From: Erysipelothrix larvae
GTDB taxonomy: Bacteria > Bacillota_I > Bacilli_A > Erysipelotrichales > Erysipelotrichaceae
Length of the DNA: 32,000 nucleotides
Reading direction: 5' to 3'
Assembly: GCF_001545095.1 (NCBI RefSeq)
Contig: NZ_CP013213.1
Coordinates: forward strand, 2,400,001 to 2,432,000
Shown here in pieces: positions 26,669-32,000 of the stretch. The notes below the pieces were generated by a model. It had not been told where the DNA came from. It searched no databases and saw only the letters and a program-made list of their open reading frames with translations. The position numbers and the translations under genes are program-made. The first letter of the stretch is position 1, and every line of letters starts with the position of its first letter.

Positions 26669-28097
26669 AGGATTCTAACCGTTCTTTGACAGTATGCTCA
26701 CCTACTAAATATAACGAACTCATCAAATCAGGTCCGTGTGTTTGGTGTGTTCCACACACACGAAGACCCATAAAGAGCGGTTTGCCTTTGAGTCCACTGT
26801 CTTTTTTCGCTGCATTAAATGCTTCTTTTAATGCTTCAGGGTTCCACTCACTTGGGAAATGATTCAAGAATGCTTTCGCAATTTCAGGTGTTGTTTCCCA
26901 TGATAGAACATCCTTCGCTTCATCTGTCAGCTCAGGTTCTTCAAAGAACATTGTGATTAGCGCCCCAATTTCAGCGCCATATTGACATTGCTCCTTAAAC
27001 AAGAGTAAACAGGTATGAATCCATGCTTCATCCTTTTGTGATAAGTCTACTGCTTTTTCAGCATGTGGTCTTACAAACGCTAACCAACTCGCATCATCCA
27101 GTGACTTCATGTATTGGTGATTCATCCAGGTTAATTTTTGAACATCAAACATAGATGGTGCTTTTGAGAGACGTTTCTCACTAAAGTGTTCCACAAGTCC
27201 TTCTTTTGTGAAGAGTTCTTGTTCACCTTCTGGCGACCATCCAAGAAGTGACATAAAATTAAACATCGCATGAGGCAAATAGCCTTGTTCATCATATTGA
27301 CTGATGTATTGCATCACTGAATTATCACGTTTTGATAACTTCTTACCATTTTCATTCACGATTAAGGTCATATGACCATAGATTGGGGGTTCCCAGCCAA
27401 ACATATCAAATAACATGAGTTGTTTTGGTGTATTTGAGATATGTTCTTCACCTCTAAATACATGGCTAATTTCCATCAAGTGATCATCAATCACAACTGC
27501 AAAGTTATAGGTAGGGATCCCATTTGATTTCATAATAACCCAATCCCCTATATCTTTAGTTTCAAAGGAAACGGTACCACGTACCATATCATCAAATGAG
27601 TAGGTCTTGTTCTCAGGCACTTTTAAGCGCACTGAATAGGTCTTGCCTTCTTGTTCATATCTTTGTTTGGTTTCTTCATCAAGATGCAAACAATGGCGGT
27701 TATAACGCGTTGAGGTATACCCTTTCGCTTTTTGTTCTTGATAATCTTTTTCAAGTTCTTCTGGGGTACAATAGCATTTGTATGCATGCCCCATTTCAAT
27801 TAATTTTTCAGTGTATTCACGATACAGATCCAAACGTTCCATCTGACGATAAGGTGCATACTTTGGATTGGGTTTGTCTGGTGATTCATCCGGCTCAATG
27901 CCCAACCATTTTAAATAATGCGTTTGTGAGGCTTCTCCACCTTCAACATTACGCTCAATATCTGTATCTTCAATACGAAGTACGAAATCACCATCATAAT
28001 GTTTCGCGATCAAATAATCAAATAACGCTGTTCGTGCATTTCCGATATGTAAAAAACCTGTCGGACTTGGTGCATAGCGCACTCTAACTCTTTTCAT
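26652..28097 (-). CDS. gltX: glutamate--tRNA ligase
   Basis: 481 aa. Motifs: RVRYAPSPTGFLHIGNARTALF (HIGH) and KLSKR. The SD GAGGG lies upstream. Confidence 0.96.
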   Translation of the reverse strand: MKRVRVRYAPSPTGFLHIGNARTALFDYLIAKHYDGDFVLRIEDTDIERNVEGGEASQTHYLKWLGIEPDESPDKPNPKYAPYRQMERLDLYREYTEKLIEMGHAYKCYCTPEELEKDYQEQKAKGYTSTRYNRHCLHLDEETKQRYEQEGKTYSVRLKVPENKTYSFDDMVRGTVSFETKDIGDWVIMKSNGIPTYNFAVVIDDHLMEISHVFRGEEHISNTPKQLMLFDMFGWEPPIYGHMTLIVNENGKKLSKRDNSVMQYISQYDEQGYLPHAMFNFMSLLGWSPEGEQELFTKEGLVEHFSEKRLSKAPSMFDVQKLTWMNHQYMKSLDDASWLAFVRPHAEKAVDLSQKDEAWIHTCLLLFKEQCQYGAEIGALITMFFEEPELTDEAKDVLSWETTPEIAKAFLNHFPSEWNPEALKEAFNAAKKDSGLKGKPLFMGLRVCGTHQTHGPDLMSSLYLVGEHTVKERLESYVNSL

Positions 28098-28126
28098 ACA
28101 ATTCCCTCTTTCATATGTGCTTAATA

Positions 28127-28135
28127 ATTATATCA
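28127..28135 (-). promoter_or_regulatory. candidate extended -10 (TGATATAAT) for gltX
   Basis: Minus strand reads TGaTATAAT, about 30 nt upstream of the gltX ATG. There is no good -35. Confidence 0.35.
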
Positions 28136-28495
28136 TGAAATAAACAACTTTGAGTGACTCAATAGCCAATGGACTAATCAAAGAAAAACGTTAAGTTATC
28201 ACTGATTCTCATCGTTGGTATCATAAGCTGATGAACCATTTAGATATTGTCTTTGTAAAGATTTCGCTAAAAAAGAAATCTCCGGTCAAATACACACTGG
28301 ACAAGGTCAATCATCTGCTGGACCCCTCAAAGTATCAAAAGATTTCCATTAATTTAACTTTACGCGACCCGATAATTATTTCCTTTTATATTACCATCTA
28401 GCATTTCAACAATCCAATCACGTTGGCTGGCTAAATCCGCATTTATGTGGACTTTAATGTTTACAACATTAAGCTTTCACAAACAACTCGATAAT

Positions 28496-28777
28496 TCAGT
28501 ATCCAATTACTTTAAAGCCATTGTACGACTTTTCGTCCACTATTTCAGTAATCGAAACACGGTCGACATGACCCGAAGGGGCTGGTGAGCGCTTTACATC
28601 CTCCACAAACTTCATCACAGATTGTTTGGGACCTCTTACTTCAATCGTTACCGAGCCATCCATCTCATTCTTCACAAAACCCGTTAAGTCTCCATAAGAA
28701 TCTGCAAGTCTTTGTGTAAAAAAGCGAAAACCAACGCCTTGTACAAAACCATATACATTTAATTGTAGTGTTATCAT
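28496..28777 (-). CDS. acyP: acylphosphatase
   Basis: 93 aa. Signature: VYGFVQGVGFRFFT and ...GFVKNEMDGSVTIEVRG.... Confidence 0.88.
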   Translation of the reverse strand: MITLQLNVYGFVQGVGFRFFTQRLADSYGDLTGFVKNEMDGSVTIEVRGPKQSVMKFVEDVKRSPAPSGHVDRVSITEIVDEKSYNGFKVIGY

Positions 28778-28792
28778 GGGGCCTCCTTTTGA

Positions 28793-29281
28793 TTAATGCT
28801 GTATCTCATAACTCACAATATAAATAATCAAATTCTGTGTATAATCCGCGACGATACATACTGCATCACTACTGTCTTCTTTAAATGCAAGCCATGTAGT
28901 AAATGTATTGAACTTCTTCAATTTTTTCTCGAGTTTACCATAGTCAGATACGAGCCCAAGACTTTGTGCTGTATATCCATCCAGGTATTCAATGCTTTCG
29001 GGGTGATATTCTTCATCAATTTCTAAACGTATGCGTGCAACGATTTCACGATAGGTATCATCATCCAATTCATAAATGATATAACCCATAATCGCTTCGC
29101 GTTTCTTATTCTTGATATTGCTATGGGTTTTTATTGGAGTCATGTCTGGCAATGGAATTGACCAATGTGTTTCAAGCACATTTAAAACCTCAGACCGCTT
29201 TGAATCACGAGCCAACACGGTACCAAGAAAGACAAATAATGCACATCCTATCACTAAAATCGCCCATGTTTTTCGACGCAT
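28793..29281 (-). CDS. hypothetical membrane-anchored or secreted protein
   Basis: 162 aa. N-terminal signal or anchor segment: RRKTWAILVIGCALFVFLGTVLA. The SD GGGGGA is present. It ends 15 nt upstream of acyP. I recognise no domain. Confidence 0.5.
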   Translation of the reverse strand: MRRKTWAILVIGCALFVFLGTVLARDSKRSEVLNVLETHWSIPLPDMTPIKTHSNIKNKKREAIMGYIIYELDDDTYREIVARIRLEIDEEYHPESIEYLDGYTAQSLGLVSDYGKLEKKLKKFNTFTTWLAFKEDSSDAVCIVADYTQNLIIYIVSYEIQH

Positions 29282-29450
29282 ATAGAATCCCCCTACCTAT
29301 CTTAATTTTACTTGATTATCACTCACAAGTACACAATTTAGGTACAATAGAACCTTATAATTATCTGTTTTTTCACATAATAACTAAACAAGAGTGCAAT
29401 TTTCTTTAGTTTCGTCTATAATAATGTGTGGATTAGTAAGGAGTGTTCCA

Positions 29451-30599
29451 ATGAGAATTGGCTTAGATAAAATTGGGTTCTATGCGCCTCAATATTATAT
29501 TGAGATGAGTGAACTTGCCCAGTGGCGAGACACAGACCCTGATAAATATAAATACGGACTTGGTCAGGATCAAATGGCCATAGCTCCAAATACACAGGAC
29601 ACACTAACAATGGCTGTCAATGCCGCACATTCAATCCTATCTGAAGAAGACAAACAAGCAATCGATCTTGTTCTCTTTGCGACTGAGTCTGGATTGGACC
29701 AATCAAAAGCATTATCAATCTACGCTTTACGATTACTTGGCATACAACCACGTACACGATGTGTAGAGTTAAAAGAAGCATGTTATGCTGCAACAATCGC
29801 AATTATGATGGCTAAGGATCACATTCTTGCACACCCTGATAAAAAGGTGCTTGTACTCTCATCTGATATATCCAAGTACGGGCTTTATTCAAGTGGTGAG
29901 CCAACACAAGGCGCAGGAGCAGTAGCTTTACTCGTATCTAAAGATCCTCGCATCGCAATTATTGAAGATGAAACTGCATATTATTCGGATGACGTGATGG
30001 ATTTCTGGAGACCAAACTACAGTGAAGTTGCATTTGTACAAGGAAAGTTCTCCAATGAACAGTACAGTCGTTTCTTCCACCAAACTTTTGATGATTATAG
30101 AGCAATGACAGGGCGTGGCTTCGATGACTTCCAAGCACTGTGCTTCCATATCCCTTATACAAAATTAGGGTTGAAAGCATTGAAATCTGTTGTTGATGAG
30201 GACAGTCATTTCCTAGACATCTTCCAAAAGAGCATCACCTTTAATCGACGTGTTGGTAATATCTATACTGGTTCAGTATTTTTAAGCTTATTATCATTAC
30301 TTGATTCAGGACACTTAAAAGGAAATGATCGCATTGGGTTGTTTAGTTATGGTTCTGGGGCAGTTGGTGAATTTTTCTCTTTGTTAACTGTTGAAGGATA
30401 TGAAAATAATATCCCACACGATATCGAAGAAAATCTTGATAAGCGAATTAAACTGACTCGAGAAGAGTATGAAACAATGTATCCAAGCGAACTTCCTACA
30501 GATGGTTCGCGCTACATTATTGATGACTCAAATGATCAGAGTTTCTGTGTGCTTGAAGGTATTGACAGTCATATAAGACTGTACAAAACCAAAGGATAA
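29451..30599 (+). CDS. mvaS: hydroxymethylglutaryl-CoA synthase (mevalonate pathway)
   Basis: Start at the ATG at 29451, following TAAGGAG. 382 aa. Motifs: MRIGLDKIGFYAP..YI, LKEACYAAT (catalytic Cys), and FHIPYTK...GN.YTGS.... Confidence 0.9.
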   Translation: MRIGLDKIGFYAPQYYIEMSELAQWRDTDPDKYKYGLGQDQMAIAPNTQDTLTMAVNAAHSILSEEDKQAIDLVLFATESGLDQSKALSIYALRLLGIQPRTRCVELKEACYAATIAIMMAKDHILAHPDKKVLVLSSDISKYGLYSSGEPTQGAGAVALLVSKDPRIAIIEDETAYYSDDVMDFWRPNYSEVAFVQGKFSNEQYSRFFHQTFDDYRAMTGRGFDDFQALCFHIPYTKLGLKALKSVVDEDSHFLDIFQKSITFNRRVGNIYTGSVFLSLLSLLDSGHLKGNDRIGLFSYGSGAVGEFFSLLTVEGYENNIPHDIEENLDKRIKLTREEYETMYPSELPTDGSRYIIDDSNDQSFCVLEGIDSHIRLYKTKG

Positions 30600-30611
30600 A
30601 TAGATTGTTTG

Positions 30612-30654
30612 AAACACCATCAGGTCTGTCGTTAGACTAAATGGTGTTTTTTTA
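30612..30654 (+). terminator. rho-independent terminator after mvaS
   Basis: The stem aaacaccat (30612-30620) pairs with atggtgttt (30641-30649), with inner gtct/agac pairing, followed by TTTTTT. Confidence 0.75.
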
Positions 30655-30740
30655 ATTGACACCATCGGATCCAATGATTAACTCCAATTCCTAATTGTTA
30701 ACCTCAAATCCTTAAGCATACGTAACTAAGTAATCGAACA

Positions 30741-30776
30741 ATTGATCCATTGCACCATCAAAGATGATGGATCAAT
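30741..30776 (-). terminator. 10-bp inverted repeat downstream of the small membrane protein gene (U-poor candidate terminator)
   Basis: attgatccat (30741-30750) pairs with atggatcaat (30767-30776). The minus strand continues UUGUUCGAUU, so it is not a classical U-tract. Confidence 0.35.
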
Positions 30777-30844
30777 ACAAACCAAAAAGATACGGTTGAC
30801 TAAAAAATAATGATATTTTTATGATATATAAAAGAGAATGACAC

Positions 30845-31117
30845 TCACGATTCTTCGTGATCATCATTCTCTTGTTCATATTCTAGTGTATCTTTTAGTT
30901 CCATTAACATTTCGCTATTATGCATCGTTGCAGCGATGAGTTCACCCAATCCCCACAAAATCGCAAACCCAAATAAGGATACTGCAGAACCAAGAATAAC
31001 TACGCCTGGCGCATCTTCAAGTTGTGCGATTAGATAACTAAAAAATAACCCTACTATCAACACAATAAACGCAAATGTTAAGAATATAATCCGGATGGTC
31101 TTCATCCTTTTTGCCAT
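30845..31117 (-). CDS. small two-TM membrane protein with an acidic C-terminal tail
   Basis: Start at the ATG at 31117, following AAGGAGA with 7-nt spacing. 90 aa with two hydrophobic helices. Tail: ...LKDTLEYEQENDDHEES. Confidence 0.55.
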   Translation of the reverse strand: MAKRMKTIRIIFLTFAFIVLIVGLFFSYLIAQLEDAPGVVILGSAVSLFGFAILWGLGELIAATMHNSEMLMELKDTLEYEQENDDHEES

Positions 31118-31153
31118 AACCAAATCTCCTTTTTAAAATCGGTAATTACTCCT

Positions 31154-31330
31154 TTATTCAGCAGTATAGAAACATGCCTTTGGAGATGTAATCAACCCTT
31201 CTTTTTTCAATTCCTTAAATGCTTTATCAACCTCTTTGCGATCAATCTCCAGTATTTCCACAACGTTTACTGCTTTAAGTGGTTTATCTGATTCTTTAAG
31301 CAATTTTAAAACTCTATCTTTGTTGTCCAT
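31154..31330 (-). CDS. 58-aa winged-helix DNA-binding-like protein (below the ORF track length cutoff)
   Basis: My translation: MDNKDRVLKLLKESDKPLKAVNVVEILEIDRKEVDKAFKELKKEGLITSPKACFYTAE. The SD GGAGGG lies 6 nt upstream. The pattern matches the small MarR-like wHTH proteins (..LK..gKPlka.eIae.l.idkKeVdKa.KeLKkeG.I.SPKrC.Y). Confidence 0.55.
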   Translation of the reverse strand: MDNKDRVLKLLKESDKPLKAVNVVEILEIDRKEVDKAFKELKKEGLITSPKACFYTAE

Positions 31331-31353
31331 GTTTATCCCTCCAACATAATATA

Positions 31354-31382
31354 ATTATATTTTATACCCACAGAAGAAGCAA
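31354..31382 (-). promoter_or_regulatory. promoter for the wHTH/small membrane protein pair
   Basis: Minus strand reads TTGCTT (31382-31377), a 17-nt spacer, then TATAAT (31359-31354). Confidence 0.5.
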
Positions 31383-31440
31383 GCGAAGTTGGTGTTCTCA
31401 CGTTTTTTCACATACAAATTGTGAATATAAAGTGCACCTC

Positions 31441-31470
31441 AACAAAATATCCCGCAGTTGCCTACGGGAC
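31441..31470 (-). terminator. rho-independent terminator after the NagB-family gene
   Basis: Minus-strand RNA: UCCCGUAG-GCAA-CUGCGGGA (8 bp, 1 G-U pair), followed by UAUUUUGUU. Confidence 0.6.
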
Positions 31471-31474
31471 TTCT

Positions 31475-32000
31475 TCATTTATATTGATTGATTGTTATTT
31501 CATCAAGCTCAGATGCAGCCTCAGAATCGATTAAAATCGTTATTTTTGGATGAAGCGGGAGAATGCTTGCGGGAACTAAAGGATCCACAGGCCCTCCTAA
31601 AATACGTTTTATAATATCTGCCTTTTCTTTACCATTCGCAATTAACAGGATATTTTTTGTGTTCATCACACTTCGCGGTCCCATCGTAACATATGTATCT
31701 GGATACTCTTGTGGATCACTAAAATGAAATTCACCGACATTCTGACGCATTGCATCTGACATAACTACTTGTGTAGTTTGGTCAAAAAACTGTGTTGTAT
31801 TTGGTAAGTTTCCACAAAAATGTCCATCTGCACCGACTCCTAAGAGTATGAAGTCCATACCACCTCGGCTTTGAATCAAATGATCGTGTGCTTTGTAATT
31901 CGTTTCATCAAGTCGGTGAATGTTTTCTTCTGGTATATTAGCAGGTGTAAAGAAATAGCTTCTTAAATCACTGATGGTAATTCCTTCACGCTTAGATCGC
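31475..32000 (-). CDS. glucosamine-6-phosphate deaminase/6-phosphogluconolactonase family protein; 5' end lies outside the window
   Basis: The track starts at an internal TTG. The frame stays open to base 32000 (...RSKREGITISDLRSYFFTPANIPEENIHRLDETNYKAHDHLIQSRGGMDFILLGVGADGHFCGNLP...). The ENIH and G.G.DGH motifs define the NagB/Pgl fold. Confidence 0.7.
   Translation of the reverse strand, partial: RSKREGITISDLRSYFFTPANIPEENIHRLDETNYKAHDHLIQSRGGMDFILLGVGADGHFCGNLPNTTQFFDQTTQVVMSDAMRQNVGEFHFSDPQEYPDTYVTMGPRSVMNTKNILLIANGKEKADIIKRILGGPVDPLVPASILPLHPKITILIDSEAASELDEITINQYK

Noticed and set aside
28231-28401. 56-aa plus-strand ORF (MNHLDIVFVKISLKKKSPVKYTLDKVNHLLDPSKYQKISINLTLRDPIIISFYITI) in the acyP-gltX gap
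   Set aside because: There is no SD before the ATG, I recognise no domain, and it runs opposite to all its neighbours. An open frame of this length is not very improbable in spacer DNA. I kept it only as a possible gene remnant under the finding for this gap.
25510-30180. Track ORFs 25510-25710, 27596-28087, 28796-29026, 29134-29409, 29416-29610, 29617-29802, 29928-30180
   Set aside because: They are antisense or alternative-frame ORFs within the HD gene, gltX, the 162-aa gene or mvaS.

Overview
A low-GC, Bacillota-type chromosomal segment, AT-rich by eye (GC not computed). I count 31 protein-coding genes, and all but one (mvaS) are on the minus strand. I saw no rRNA, tRNA, CRISPR array, IS or transposase, or phage genes.

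Reading in minus-strand transcription order (high to low coordinates):
- a NagB/6PGL-family gene (partial)
- a small winged-helix protein (missing from the ORF track) plus a small membrane protein
- [mvaS on the plus strand]
- a hypothetical membrane-anchored protein and acyP
- gltX, an HD-domain phosphohydrolase and an M24 Xaa-Pro peptidase
- a DUF1934-like gene and rpoE (delta subunit)
- pyrG and fba
- focA and murA
- pflB and pflA
- an MscS-family channel
- an L-arabinose cluster: FGGY kinase, araD, araA, CUT2 ABC transporter, then araR
- an accessory envelope block: DUF2975-like membrane protein, YozG-type mini-HTH, two paralogous lipoproteins, and an ECF-type sigma with a membrane-anchored partner

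Most of the window is housekeeping. The rpoE-pyrG-fba-murA order matches the Bacillus subtilis arrangement as I remember it.

The most informative signals are regulatory and can be read directly from the DNA:
1. Two ara promoters share the same geometry: paired AraR boxes exactly 43 bp apart, plus a cre-like 14-mer.
2. The pyrG leader has a GGGC start and a CCUCC-containing terminator, which fits CTP-sensitive reiterative-transcription attenuation.
3. Two near-identical 19-bp palindromes, 42 bp apart, bracket the promoter of the DUF2975-like/HTH/lipoprotein operon.

That operon, with the adjacent sigma pair, is the only candidate for an undescribed system here, and I rate it as modest. All functional calls rest on motif and family recognition by eye. 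No searches were run.
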